Positions 10,339-20,923 of a DNA stretch of 64,000 bases are shown piece by piece. The number at the start of each line of letters is the position of its first letter. Position 1 is the first letter of the stretch. Origin of the DNA: an uncultured delta proteobacterium (GTDB lineage: Bacteria; Desulfobacterota; Binatia; Bin18). Below the pieces are notes generated by a model that was not told where the DNA came from, ran no database searches, and saw nothing but the letters and a program-made list of their open reading frames with translations. Location: NCBI GenBank assembly GCA_963733195.1, contig CAVTCR010000065.1:1-64000 (forward strand), written 5' to 3'. Both the position numbers and the translations under genes were made by a program.

Positions 10339-12204
10339 CTACGACCTGCTGCCGTCGACCAGTCCCCATGCACGGTCAACCGCGGCAGTATCGGGTAATT
10401 TTTCTAGCTCGACCCGATAGAGGGAGCGGACACCGGCAGCTACACGACGTTCGATGACTGTGGCAATATAGCCCTTGCTGCGTGCTGCTTGTGCTGTTCT
10501 CTCTGCTTCGGTTTCCCTCACAAAGGTGCCGAGAATGAGCCGGTATTCCCCGTCTCCTTGTTTACGAAGGAGCGTTTCGCGGGAGAGTGACGGGAGAATC
10601 AAGCGTTGCCCGACCAAGATCCGATCAAGGTCGGCGATAGCAGGATTGAACTCTTTGATGAGATCAAGAGCAAGAGCACTGTAATTGCCATAGACCTTTA
10701 AGACAAGTTCAGAAACCGTATCTCCACGAGCAACAGTGATGGCTTGGCCTCCGCTATCGGTACTAGGTGGTTCCGCTGATTGGGTCGGGGGCGGTTTCGT
10801 CACAAGTGGAGTGGTAGTGGTGACGACGGTTGCTGAAGGTGAGTCAGAATCGGTTAGTGGTTCACTAGAAGGGACACTTTTTCCTTCCGAAGGAGACGAA
10901 GGGGTTGCTTCGACGTTCATTTGTGCACTGGGTTCTTGTGCAAGAGATGCGATGACGGTAGGTGCTTGTTCGGCTGTTCTCGGCGATGCTGCTACGTTCG
11001 GTTCTGGCGTTGGTGTAAATGCTGATGGCACGCCTGCAGCGGGCCGAGAAGGATCGTTAGGAGGCGCTGGGTGCGGGACTGACGAGACTGGCTGTAACTG
11101 TGAGGTTGACGACTGTGCGTTCACTAAACTCACTGGTTCAGAGGGAGTAGAGGGGGCCTGTAAGAAGAACATGGTATTGCCAAAATAAAGCATAAAAAGG
11201 GCGGCAACCGTACCAAGGCCAACCCAATATAATTGCTTTGTCCAATCCCACGGGCGCTGTCCTACCCATATCTCAGACACCCCATTGGTAGAGTTTGGTG
11301 ATGCTCCTCGTCCCCAAAGCTCGTCCTCAAGCCGGATCACATTTGCTTTTTTCGCTTTTTCCTGAGCCTGGGTGCTTTCCTGAGGCGACAAATGGCCATT
11401 CAAGCGAAGGGCAGCTGTGACTTTCTCAACGACCTGTGCGGATACCGTTTGTTGCGATGCCTGATAAGCGGCGGTGAGAGAGTTGTCACAAATGGTGTTA
11501 ATGACACGAGGAATGCCGTCCGAACGAGTGGCAATAAGTTGAATAGCTTGGGGTGTAAACACATCGTATCGATTACAACCTGCTATTTGCATTCGATAAT
11601 GGATGAATGGTTCGACCGCCTGTGGTTTCAGGCACCCTAAACGACAAGAGACCGCGATGCGTTGTTTTAATTGCCGCAACTCAGGCCGATCTAGTCTCTG
11701 TTCGAGTTCTGGTTGCCCAACTAAGACGATCTGCAACAGTTTGTAATTATCGAGTTCGATATTCGATAGGAGCCGTAAATTCTCTAACACCTCGTCGGCT
11801 AAGTGATGCGCTTCGTCAACGATGAGGACCCCCGTGCCTCCTTCAGCCAGACGCTCACGTAAAAACTTATCGATCGCTTGAATCTTTTCTAGCTTCCGTT
11901 TTTCTTTGACTTGAAGGCCAAAACTGGTGCAGATGAAGTCGAGAAATTCATCAAAGCCGAGGGTCGTGTTGTAATAGTAGAATGCAACCCGAATTGGCTT
12001 TTCGAGATCTTGAACAACCCGGCGCAACAACGTCGTTTTCCCGGTGCCTGCCTCACCGATCAACGAGATATAGCCTTTCCGCTCACGGATACCATAGAGA
12101 AGACCTGCATACGCTTCTTCATGGCCAGGGTTAGCATAAAAGAACCGTGGATCTGGGGTGACGTTGAAGGGTTCTTCGCGAAAACCAAAATAGGTGGTGT
12201 ACAT
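10339..12204 (-). CDS. ExeA/GspA-family AAA ATPase with TM, Pro/Ser linker, LysM-like and SPOR-like C-terminal domains
   Basis: MYTTYFGFREEPF, GEAGTGKTT, IVDEAH, LVGQPEL, GIPRVIN; C-terminal ITVARGDTVSEL..NPAIADLDRILVGQRLILP. Confidence 0.88.
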   Translation of the reverse strand: MYTTYFGFREEPFNVTPDPRFFYANPGHEEAYAGLLYGIRERKGYISLIGEAGTGKTTLLRRVVQDLEKPIRVAFYYYNTTLGFDEFLDFICTSFGLQVKEKRKLEKIQAIDKFLRERLAEGGTGVLIVDEAHHLADEVLENLRLLSNIELDNYKLLQIVLVGQPELEQRLDRPELRQLKQRIAVSCRLGCLKPQAVEPFIHYRMQIAGCNRYDVFTPQAIQLIATRSDGIPRVINTICDNSLTAAYQASQQTVSAQVVEKVTAALRLNGHLSPQESTQAQEKAKKANVIRLEDELWGRGASPNSTNGVSEIWVGQRPWDWTKQLYWVGLGTVAALFMLYFGNTMFFLQAPSTPSEPVSLVNAQSSTSQLQPVSSVPHPAPPNDPSRPAAGVPSAFTPTPEPNVAASPRTAEQAPTVIASLAQEPSAQMNVEATPSSPSEGKSVPSSEPLTDSDSPSATVVTTTTPLVTKPPPTQSAEPPSTDSGGQAITVARGDTVSELVLKVYGNYSALALDLIKEFNPAIADLDRILVGQRLILPSLSRETLLRKQGDGEYRLILGTFVRETEAERTAQAARSKGYIATVIERRVAAGVRSLYRVELEKLPDTAAVDRAWGLVDGSRS

Positions 12205-12530
12205 AGGTGCTCTCTTCTCTAGATCCAATTGTCTGCTCAGCGCATTGATTGTAGGAAGCCCGCCCCCTCAAGGTTCATTTTTTCACCCCACATGAGATGA
12301 GACCTCAATGTAGATCCTTTTCAGGGTTCTTCCCTATACAAAAGAGTGATACTTTGGGCAAGTTAGAGGATTCATTCTACAATGGAGCGTACCGACAGAG
12401 AAAACCTGGAGAAAGATGAGAGAAACAAAACTCCCAGAGAGAATACTGTTTACGCATATAGTTGCGTTGCCGCCGGTGGCTGCTCTTCTCAGTGCTGTTA
12501 CTAGAAGCAGGGAAAGAGTGTCGCTTGTCT

Positions 12531-12640
12531 ATATATACTGAGTATTTCGGCTTCCGTGGAGATCCCTTTGCCGATCCTGCGGACCTCGATTCTTTCTATA
12601 TTAATCCGATCTATCAGGCGCACGCAACCCTCGTTAAGGT
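12531..12640 (+). pseudogene. N-terminal remnant of a third ExeA-like ATPase
   Basis: IYTEYFGFRGDPFADPADLDSFYINPIYQ parallels MYTTYFGFREEPF of both neighbours; ATA in place of ATG. Confidence 0.6.
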
Positions 12641-12664
12641 ATTGAGATTAATGAAGCTCACAAA

Positions 12665-14230
12665 CTATCGGTTTATTTTTTGTACGGTTTCCCGAAATGT
12701 GAGAGCGCTCACGCCGCGTCCCTCACGTGGAGCGTTCTCCCACAGGGAATTCCCTTGGACGATCACCTTATCGAACACGGTATTCTTTTTTGCGGTTGAG
12801 ACATGACCGGCACCGAGAATCCAACAGTCTGCACATAACTCGGCCAATTTTTTGCGAAACGTTTTATAGACTGAGGTCGAGCGAAACTCTTCAATATACG
12901 GGTCTGGGTTCGTGCGTACCATGGGAATCATACTTTCTAAATAGAAAGTGAGATTGATTTGCTCTTCTTTTGAGAGTTGATGCCACTCGTTTTCCGGGAT
13001 GATCAACGCAATGGCGGGGGTCGCGGTTGCTAAGCCCCACGCAATGGGGCGAAGGTGCTGATAGCGAGCCATCAAAGCTGCCATAATGATTTGCCCCTGT
13101 TGGAGCTGTGGGCTGGTCACATCTCGTGATGAAGTCAAGGTTACGGCAGTTGTTTGCTGAGCTGTTACCGGAGATTGGGACGGTGGTGGTGTGCCAGGGG
13201 TTCCGAGTGCTTGAGGTCCCAGCGCAGAGGGGATTTGACGCATCATGGTAAAGAGCAGGAAGCCGAGCAAGACAAACACGAACCCGGCTCCACCCCACGC
13301 GAGCGACTGAAACATTCCCCCGGCTGGGCGATCTGTAGATGGTTGAGGGACTGGGGGAGAAACATTGACCTGCACTGACTGAGGTGCCTTAGCTTGTCCC
13401 TCGTCTGGCAGGGAGCTGGGTTGTCCTCGAAGACGAAAGGTTGTTATCACATCTTGGATATCTTTCGGGGAAACCGTTTTCCGCGACACCTGGTGAATCG
13501 TTCGTAAGGCATTGTCACAAATCAGGTTCACAAGTCGAGGAATGCCTGCGGAATAAGTTGTGATCAACTGCACAACTTCGGGGCTGAACAGATCCTCCCG
13601 CTCATACCCGACCAAGCGTAAGCGATGATAAATGAATTGCTGGACCTCTTCAGGTCTAAGGTACTCAAGCTGACAGCGGAAGTGGACCTTATCTCTGAGA
13701 GAGTCAAACCGTGGGTCACTCAATTTCTTATCTAGCTCAGGATGCTGGCCGACCAGAATAACCTGGAGCAGTTTTCTGCTGACGTGGGGAGAATCAGACA
13801 ACCGAAAGAGGTGTTCGAGAACGTTTTCTTCGATGTCTTGTGCTTCATCAATGACTAGGACAGCTGTGCCACCTGATTTTGAGCGTACAGTGAGAAACTC
13901 ACTGAAGGCTTGTAACTCGCCGACATTCCTTCGCGTGACCCCCATGTCACGACAAGCAAATCTAATCAACTCCTCAAACGTGAGAGTGCTGTAGTAGGAA
14001 AAAGAGAGACGAACGGACGGATCCGTTTGGAGATTATCGATCAGCCGACGGATCAAGGTGGTCTTGCCGGTGCCTACCTCACCAGTCAATACGAGAAAGC
14101 CTTTGCGCTCACGTATGCCTTGCATGAGTTTCGCACATGCCCCTTCGTACACTGGGTTCGAATAGAAAAGGCGTGAAGTGGGCGTCAGGCTAAACGGCTC
14201 TTCTTTAAAGCCAAAATACGTTGTGTACAT
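12665..14230 (-). CDS. ExeA/GspA-family AAA ATPase with TM and unknown C-terminal domain
   Basis: MYTTYFGFKEEPF, GEVGTGKTT, VIDEAQ, GIPRLVNLICDNAL. Confidence 0.88.
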   Translation of the reverse strand: MYTTYFGFKEEPFSLTPTSRLFYSNPVYEGACAKLMQGIRERKGFLVLTGEVGTGKTTLIRRLIDNLQTDPSVRLSFSYYSTLTFEELIRFACRDMGVTRRNVGELQAFSEFLTVRSKSGGTAVLVIDEAQDIEENVLEHLFRLSDSPHVSRKLLQVILVGQHPELDKKLSDPRFDSLRDKVHFRCQLEYLRPEEVQQFIYHRLRLVGYEREDLFSPEVVQLITTYSAGIPRLVNLICDNALRTIHQVSRKTVSPKDIQDVITTFRLRGQPSSLPDEGQAKAPQSVQVNVSPPVPQPSTDRPAGGMFQSLAWGGAGFVFVLLGFLLFTMMRQIPSALGPQALGTPGTPPPSQSPVTAQQTTAVTLTSSRDVTSPQLQQGQIIMAALMARYQHLRPIAWGLATATPAIALIIPENEWHQLSKEEQINLTFYLESMIPMVRTNPDPYIEEFRSTSVYKTFRKKLAELCADCWILGAGHVSTAKKNTVFDKVIVQGNSLWENAPREGRGVSALTFRETVQKINR

Positions 14231-14596
14231 CGCAAGCACCCTAAGCGCATTCTCGGGAAAGCAGCAGTAATTAATTCAGAGGGTGTAGTAAAGACCCAAT
14301 CTTTTTATAGAAGTAGGGCTCTTCTATTATGCCCCGCAAATTTTACGAAAACGAGATCTCTTCCCTCTTGATGGTAAGACAGTTGCCGCTGGACGAAAAG
14401 GGCTTTCCCTAGGGAAGCCACGTGTTCCGAGAAAATTTTCTTCGACAAACGACGCCTCCCCAAGGAGAACCACTCAGGCAGGGCTGTTCTCTTAGAAACA
14501 AAGTGGAGTGTAAGGGGAAGAAAAGAAAGGGGCAAGCCGAAGCTCGTATATTGTTTGAGGGGAAGGGTGATTTCTTCCTTTGGGATGTCTCTGTTC

Positions 14597-14773
14597 CTAC
14601 AGCATGTTGCTTCTCGGTTGTATCAACCAACGGAGTAGCAGAATAAACAACACGACCACCGTCCACAGTATGAACTGATTCCCTATGATCACGCTTATCA
14701 CCGGTTGGAACTGAATGAGATACTCAGTCAGCGATCCAGAAGGGAAGAGATTTGTCAGCAGCCACTCGACCAT
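14597..14773 (-). CDS. small membrane protein (58 aa)
   Basis: strong RBS AAGGAGG; hydrophobic ILWTVVVLFILLL. Confidence 0.55.
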   Translation of the reverse strand: MVEWLLTNLFPSGSLTEYLIQFQPVISVIIGNQFILWTVVVLFILLLRWLIQPRSNML

Positions 14774-15067
14774 GAGAAGATCCTCCTTTCTCAAGGTTTA
14801 CGGCCCTTCTGAATCAAAGCGCTGTTAACGAGGGAAATCAAGCATAAAACTTCATCCTCTCCTCCTACATTGATGAGAAAATGAGATTGGGAGAGATTAT
14901 ATGGATATAATTACGTACGAAATTTTATTCCAAAAGGTAGATATTAAATCTTTTTTGAGGAACCGACTGTCAGAATGTTGCTTGAGGTTAACAAGATGTT
15001 CTAGGCGGTTGCTGGTGGGAAGAACACAAGATGTGATGAAGAATAAGAGGTCTTCATCTCACAAGAG

Positions 15068-15662
15068 GTGGCTTTCTCGTTAGAGAAGCGTTATGAAGAG
15101 AAGCAAGGTGAATGCAGCGCAAGTCCTCTTCCTCTTTCTTTCCCTCTCCTATTGGGAATGTTAAGTGCTGGATGCGCAGCGCGACCGCAAGAGGTACACA
15201 CTCCAGCGGTCGGACCACAGCAACAGTGGAAGGAGCGGAGTTTCTGGTCGCTGGATGAGATGGTAATATACCAACCGAGTCTGAAAAGTCTCAAGATAGG
15301 TATTGAGGCTGGTCCGTTTTTCGGTAATACACAGCTGAATGGACGGATCGTTGCTGCTGATACGCTTACTCAAGCATTTGGGGCCTTACCAGCTCTGTCC
15401 CAGGATCGTATCGCGATCAACTTGCGGCTGATTGATGCCACGAATGGCAAGAGCATAAATTGGACGACAATCGAAGGTTCACTTTCCGGAAGCGGAAGTG
15501 AAAAAACACGAGATGAAAGAGAAGTCGGTTGCGGAAAAAGTAATCGCAGAGAAATCGATTGCGGAAAAACCGATGAGAGATAAACCAGTCATCGAGAAGC
15601 CAACTGCTGGAAAATTCCTTCCGAGGAAAGAAGCGCCACACGGGGAGGAATGGGGCCAGTAG
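15068..15662 (+). CDS. putative lipoprotein, CsgG/HfaB-like (frameshift near 15505)
   Basis: LSAGC lipobox; IAINLRLIDATNGK resembles the CsgG C-terminal strand; the alternative frame gives EKSVA/EKVIA/EKSIA repeats ending at TAG 15660-15662. Confidence 0.4.
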
Positions 15663-15704
15663 CGAGAACTTTTGGGTTATGGTTTGAGAAACGGAGAGGT
15701 ACCT

Positions 15705-16853
15705 ATGGCTGATGAACGGACTCTGAGGATTCCCCTCCGTACCTGTACACGGTGTGGAAAGCCGATAGTAGCGGGTATGAAGGAGTGCTTTTCTTGTGGT
15801 GCTCCTGTCGACGAGGAAAGAAAACCTGATGAACATCTGATGCGCTGCCCGACTTGCGGTAAGGATCTCGTGCACGGAGCCATTGTGTGTAGCTTGTGTG
15901 GGACGCGTCTACCAGAGCGACCTATGGCTACAGCTTCACCACCAGATTCACCTTCGCGTCAGACCCCAATCCCTCTTACTACGCTAGAATCTTCCTCTCC
16001 GTTTCCGTCGTTAGATAAAGGTCCCCTCTTCGGTATTCCCAAACGCATGAGGCTGAGATTCGGTGCGCTCGCGTTTCTCCTTTTTGGCTTCCTTGGGGGG
16101 AAGGTGTTGTTCCGTAATTTGTCGGTGGAGTTACCTACCGGAGAGCATCCCGTGCTTCCTTCCTCTACTGAGCAGGTGGTTGCATCTCCCCCCGTATCGC
16201 CAGTGCCAGAGACGCGGTCAACGCCGGTACTGCCCAAAGGGAGGGTCGTTACTGCTGATGGCCTAACAAATATTCGCATCTTTGGTCCTGGAGCGAAGGA
16301 TCCCAAACGAACAGCAACGGTTTTACGTGAGCGAGTAGAAGAATTTCTTCCGAGCATCCAGAGTGTGTATAGTGAGAGGCTTACGACTACACAGCAACTG
16401 CTAGGAACAGTCGTCTTGGAGCTAGCAGTAACGCCAGAGGGCAGAGTCGCGCAAGTTGAAGCCCACACTACTGGGCTGGAAAACCCAGAATTCTTGCAAA
16501 TAGTCCGGAGCCTCGTGCAAGAATGGCAATTCGAGGCGACAGCGGCAGGCACTACCATTGTTTTTTATCCGCTGTTGTTTACGCCAACGGAACTTGATCC
16601 ATTTTCTCTGATCGGATTAACCAAAGAACTCATGCCTGGTCGCTATCGCATGGTGAGGGGAGAACCGACCCCAGTGCATCTTAGTCCAACTGGTGAAATG
16701 CAAGAAATTGGCAGAGTTTCGCCGGGCCTGCGTGTCGACGTCGTAGGATCACAAAAAGGTTGGCTTGCGATTCTTTCGCCTAAAGGGAAAGTGGGCTACG
16801 TGCGTCGCGATGCTATTCTTCCACGAGAAGGGGACGATCAACCGATCTCGTAA
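15705..16853 (+). CDS. double zinc-ribbon + TM + TonB-C/AgmX-like + SH3-like domain protein
   Basis: four CxxC pairs; TM; GTVVLELAVTPEGRV..VQEWQF; GWLAILSPKGKVGYV. Confidence 0.75.
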   Translation: MADERTLRIPLRTCTRCGKPIVAGMKECFSCGAPVDEERKPDEHLMRCPTCGKDLVHGAIVCSLCGTRLPERPMATASPPDSPSRQTPIPLTTLESSSPFPSLDKGPLFGIPKRMRLRFGALAFLLFGFLGGKVLFRNLSVELPTGEHPVLPSSTEQVVASPPVSPVPETRSTPVLPKGRVVTADGLTNIRIFGPGAKDPKRTATVLRERVEEFLPSIQSVYSERLTTTQQLLGTVVLELAVTPEGRVAQVEAHTTGLENPEFLQIVRSLVQEWQFEATAAGTTIVFYPLLFTPTELDPFSLIGLTKELMPGRYRMVRGEPTPVHLSPTGEMQEIGRVSPGLRVDVVGSQKGWLAILSPKGKVGYVRRDAILPREGDDQPIS

Positions 16854-16955
16854 ATGGTGCCTCTTCATTGTCTTACCAAGAAGTGTATGAACGCGATATC
16901 AATTATTTCATTGGACTCATGAACGCGCAGGCGTAAAGTCTAGAGGAGACCAATT

Positions 16956-18023
16956 ATGGAATTTGCTATTTCCTATCCTGCACGGCCAGACGCATGGAAA
17001 GATCTGGTCGTTGCTGAGGACAATGGATTTACACACTGTTGGTTCTATGATTCGCAAATGATCTATAGCGATGTATATGTCTGTATGGCACTCGCAGCCG
17101 AACGTACGAAGAAGATCAAACTTGCCACTGGAGTCGCCATTCCCAGTAATCGTATTCCTCCGGTGACAGCGCATTCCATCGCAACGATCAACCAACTTGC
17201 TCCTGGCCGAGCGATCCTTGGGATTGGGACCGGGTTTACGGGTCGTAACACCATGGGTTTGCCACCAGTACCGCTCGATACGGTACGTTCCTATATTCAA
17301 CAATGCCGTACGTTGCTGCGAGGCGAAGAGCTTCTCTATCGTGAGGGAACGCGAGAGCGTTGGATTCGTTTTCTTCACCAACAGCACGGCTACATCAATC
17401 TGAAAGATCCGATTCCTATTTACTTTGCTGCGAACGGACCGAAGGCTCTTGAACTGGTTGGCGAGTTAACAGACGGGTGGCTTACGACCTTGTCTGACCC
17501 GTCAAGCTTCAAGAAGAATCTTGCCGTAGTAGAAAAAGGTGCGACGAAGGCAGGGCGAACCTTGAAGAATTTTCCCAATGTCGTTTTGAGCACCGGGTGC
17601 GTGCTCCGGCCAGGAGAATCTGCAACCTCGCAACGTGTGGTCGACCGAATCGGACCGTTCGCCGTTGTCGCACTGCATGCGCTGTGGGAGCAGTCTGCCG
17701 TTGCCACCGACCTGCCGCCACTTTTGAAAGATCTCTATGCCAAGTACGATACAGAGTACGTAGCCAAACTGAAGACGCCAGCCGATCGCCGGTATCTCGA
17801 GATCCACGAAGGTCACCTGATTTACCTCAAACCCGGTGAAGAACGATACGTGACCGAAGAGCTGGTACGCGGTTTTAGCTTAACCGGCACAGGTGAGGAA
17901 ATTATCACCCGCTTGAAAGCCCTTGAGGCAGTGGGGCTCAAACAGATCGCCATTCAAGTGGTCGGGGAAACTGGACGTGAAATGATTGAGGAATTCAGTC
18001 GTGAGGTGATTGCGAAGTATTGA
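16956..18023 (+). CDS. LLM-class flavin/F420-dependent oxidoreductase
   Basis: WFYDSQM, IKLATGV, GRAILGIGTG, IPIYFAANGPKAL. Confidence 0.9.
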   Translation: MEFAISYPARPDAWKDLVVAEDNGFTHCWFYDSQMIYSDVYVCMALAAERTKKIKLATGVAIPSNRIPPVTAHSIATINQLAPGRAILGIGTGFTGRNTMGLPPVPLDTVRSYIQQCRTLLRGEELLYREGTRERWIRFLHQQHGYINLKDPIPIYFAANGPKALELVGELTDGWLTTLSDPSSFKKNLAVVEKGATKAGRTLKNFPNVVLSTGCVLRPGESATSQRVVDRIGPFAVVALHALWEQSAVATDLPPLLKDLYAKYDTEYVAKLKTPADRRYLEIHEGHLIYLKPGEERYVTEELVRGFSLTGTGEEIITRLKALEAVGLKQIAIQVVGETGREMIEEFSREVIAKY

Positions 18024-18132
18024 AGGTGGTGAAACGTAGAGGGTAAAACGTAATACGTAAGACGTAAAGAAAAGGAAAAACACCCCCGCTTTTTCTCACG
18101 GATTACGCTTTACGTCTTACGAAGGATCTTCT

Positions 18133-19272
18133 ATGCCTAAACAATCTGTCACTCTCGGTATCGCTGTCTCCCTCAGTGGTCGTTACGCGCTCCTTGGTCG
18201 CCAGGTGCTCGAAGGACTCGAATGTTACGTACGTGATGTCAACGCGGCTGGTGGTATCTTCCTGAAGAGTGAAGAACGGCGACTGCCGGCGTCACTGGTA
18301 GTGGAGGATGATGAAAGCGATGAGAGCAAAATTCGCGGACTGGTAGAGAAACTTATTCGCCAAAAGCAAATCGATCTACTTATTGGTCCCTACGGTAGTG
18401 GCTTAACCTTGGCTGCGGCTGAAATGGCTGACGCCTTTCAGTATGTTCTCTGGAATCATAGCGGCTCGTCGGATGAGATTTTTGAATGCAACCTCTCTTC
18501 TGTGGTTGGCATCCTGACTCCGGCATCGCTGTACCTCTGTGCGATTCTTGACCTCATCAAATCGCTCGATCCAACCGCGAGGCGTGTTGCCCTGTTTAGT
18601 GCGAAGACTGGGTTTGCTACTGATATGGCTGCCGGAGCAATGAATTGGATCAAACGCGAGGGTTTCATGCTGACTAGGCAGCAAACCTATCGCTCTGGTC
18701 TGGAAGACTTTCGCTCGCTGCTTGCGCCGATTACAGATGATCCCCCAGATGTTTTTCTTAGTGTCGGGCGGGTTGAGGATGACATTCTACTCGGGCGCCA
18801 GTTGCGCGAACTCAAGCCCAAAATAAAAGCAGTGGGACTCGTAGTTGCAGCGATCAGTCGGTTCAAAGCTGCCTTACATGAACAAGCCGATGGCTTCTTC
18901 GCACCAAGTCAGTGGGAGCCGCAAGTGCGTTACCACGTTGACTGCGGACCGACAGAGGAAGAATTCCTTACCCATTATTTGAAGAGCGCAACGGTACCGA
19001 TCGACTACCCGGCTGCACAGGGGTATGTCGCGGGAGTCGTCGCTCAACGCTGTGTTGAAACTGTTGGCGCACTTGACCAGCAAGCGCTCCGTGCAGCAGC
19101 AAGTCGATTGCGCTGTACAACGTTGTATGGTCCATACGCGATCGAAGAGAAAACCGGTCGCCAAATTGCGCACCCCATGTTGGTGACACAATGGCAGAAG
19201 GGACGGAAAGAAATCGTCTGGCCGCGCGAGGTTGCCGAGGCGCAGCCGTGGTATCCGGGACCGCTTTATTAG
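18133..19272 (+). CDS. LivJ-like (type I periplasmic-binding fold) ligand-binding protein, no signal peptide
   Basis: SLSGRYA..G, DDESD, LLIGPYGSGLT, TLYGPY, QWQKG. Confidence 0.8.
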   Translation: MPKQSVTLGIAVSLSGRYALLGRQVLEGLECYVRDVNAAGGIFLKSEERRLPASLVVEDDESDESKIRGLVEKLIRQKQIDLLIGPYGSGLTLAAAEMADAFQYVLWNHSGSSDEIFECNLSSVVGILTPASLYLCAILDLIKSLDPTARRVALFSAKTGFATDMAAGAMNWIKREGFMLTRQQTYRSGLEDFRSLLAPITDDPPDVFLSVGRVEDDILLGRQLRELKPKIKAVGLVVAAISRFKAALHEQADGFFAPSQWEPQVRYHVDCGPTEEEFLTHYLKSATVPIDYPAAQGYVAGVVAQRCVETVGALDQQALRAAASRLRCTTLYGPYAIEEKTGRQIAHPMLVTQWQKGRKEIVWPREVAEAQPWYPGPLY

Positions 19273-19424
19273 TTCCGAGTTCTGAGGACTGAGTGCTGAG
19301 TCGATTTACTCATTAGATCATTTGTTCATTGCCTCATTATTTTTTCTTGCAGTAGTCGAAGCATTCAATGATTCAACCCTACTGTGCTTAGTGTTGCTCA
19401 GCGGAAAGCGAAAGGAGTCGAGGT

Positions 19425-20255
19425 ATGGGACGGCTGGATGGGAAGGTGGCCATTGTTACTGGAGGTGCTTCCGGAATCGGGCGAGCGATTTGTCTCAGTT
19501 TTGCGCATGAAGGGGCGACCATCATCTGTAACGACTTGGTCGTTGAAGCTGCACAGAAAGTTATTGACGAATGCGGACAGCAAAAACATGGACTCGCGGT
19601 CAAAGCCGATGTGTCAAAGAGTCGCCAGGTTGCTGCTATGTTTGAGAAGATCCACAAGAAGTGTGGTCGTCTCGATATTCTGGTCAACAATGCAGGGATT
19701 GGTCTAGAGAATGCAAAGCTACGTGCTCGGTTTAACAAAGTCTTAGAGAAACAGCAGACCGAGCTGGCAACTGAAGGAAAAATTAAAACTGCCCTCGAAG
19801 CGACGCAGAATCTCACCGACGAAGACTGGGATCGCATGCTTGGGGTACACCTCACTGGTACCTTCTATTGTACCCGTGAAGCCCTCAAGCTGATGGAGAA
19901 GCAACGCTCAGGGAAGATCATCAATATTGCCTCGATTTGTGGCATGACCGGTTGTGCTGGTGCTCCGCATTATAGTGCAGCGAAGGCCGGGATTATGGGA
20001 TTTACACGTTCGGTTGCCCGTGAGGCGATCGTCAGCAGGGTGAACGTCAACGCGATCGCCCCCGGCTACATCGATACCCCAATGACCGATGCCATTGATG
20101 ACGCGGTTCGGAGAATGATTAGCATGGCCACGCCCGCTGGCCGATTCGGTTCCCCACAAGATGTTGCCAATCTTGCAGTATATTTGGCATCAGTAGAGTC
20201 CGATTTCGTTGTCGGCCAGGTTATGAGCCCGAATGGTGGCTACGTCATCGCATAG
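19425..20255 (+). CDS. SDR-family oxidoreductase (FabG-like)
   Basis: TGGASGIG, NNAG, YSAAK, NAIAPG. Confidence 0.92.
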   Translation: MGRLDGKVAIVTGGASGIGRAICLSFAHEGATIICNDLVVEAAQKVIDECGQQKHGLAVKADVSKSRQVAAMFEKIHKKCGRLDILVNNAGIGLENAKLRARFNKVLEKQQTELATEGKIKTALEATQNLTDEDWDRMLGVHLTGTFYCTREALKLMEKQRSGKIINIASICGMTGCAGAPHYSAAKAGIMGFTRSVAREAIVSRVNVNAIAPGYIDTPMTDAIDDAVRRMISMATPAGRFGSPQDVANLAVYLASVESDFVVGQVMSPNGGYVIA

Positions 20256-20285
20256 CGCAGTCAGAGAATTCAAACCGTCGTTTCT

Positions 20286-20323
20286 AAAAATAGGGGGCCA
20301 ATTTCTGGCACCCCTATTTTTTT
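20286..20323 (+). terminator. intrinsic terminator
   Basis: AAAAATAGGGG-GCCA..TGGC-A-CCCCTATTTTTTT stem plus T tract after the SDR gene. Confidence 0.75.
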
Positions 20324-20333
20324 CTGTGACGGG

Positions 20334-20363
20334 TGTCAACCAAAACTAGAGCTTATTCGTTAA
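20334..20363 (+). promoter_or_regulatory. candidate autoregulated ECF promoter
   Basis: TGTCAAC-N17-CGTT directly upstream of the ECF sigma gene (AAC/CGT pattern). Confidence 0.45.
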
Positions 20364-20383
20364 TACACTGAGGACGAGAAACG

Positions 20384-20923
20384 GTGGGAAATAGCGCGCT
20401 CGTGGCAGACGATGCATCGCAAACGAGTTTTGAGGAGTTGTATCGTGCACATTATGCACGGATTACGCGTTTGTGCCGTCTCCTACTGCGTGACTCTCAG
20501 GAGGCAGAGGAAGCTGCCCAGGAAGTTTTCCTGAAACTCTTGCAGGCGAGCAAAGGGCTCTCTCGTACAATAGTATGGGAGCCTTGGCTCACACGGATTG
20601 CGCTGAATACCTGTCGTGACCGACAGCGAAGTCGGTGGTGGCGATGGAGACGGGCGGACACGATGGAAAGGCAAATGCTGCAGCTGCCGAGTATCGAGCC
20701 GACTCCAGAGGAAAGCACGGTCAGTCGCGAACAGCGCGAACGTATTTGGCAGTTTCTTCGTGGGCTGTCCGCGCGCCAACAAGAGGTTTTCGTCTTGCGT
20801 TACGTTGAAGGATGGTCTGGAAAAGAAGTTGCTGAGTTCTTAGGGCTCACGCCTGGGAGCGTGAAACGTCATCTTTTCCGGGCTGTTCATCACATGCGCC
20901 AAGCTTTCGGAGGTCACTCATGA
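20384..20923 (+). CDS. ECF-family RNA polymerase sigma factor
   Basis: AEEAAQEVFL, WLTRIALN, region 4 HTH GSVKRHLFRA. Confidence 0.92.
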   Translation: MGNSALVADDASQTSFEELYRAHYARITRLCRLLLRDSQEAEEAAQEVFLKLLQASKGLSRTIVWEPWLTRIALNTCRDRQRSRWWRWRRADTMERQMLQLPSIEPTPEESTVSREQRERIWQFLRGLSARQQEVFVLRYVEGWSGKEVAEFLGLTPGSVKRHLFRAVHHMRQAFGGHS

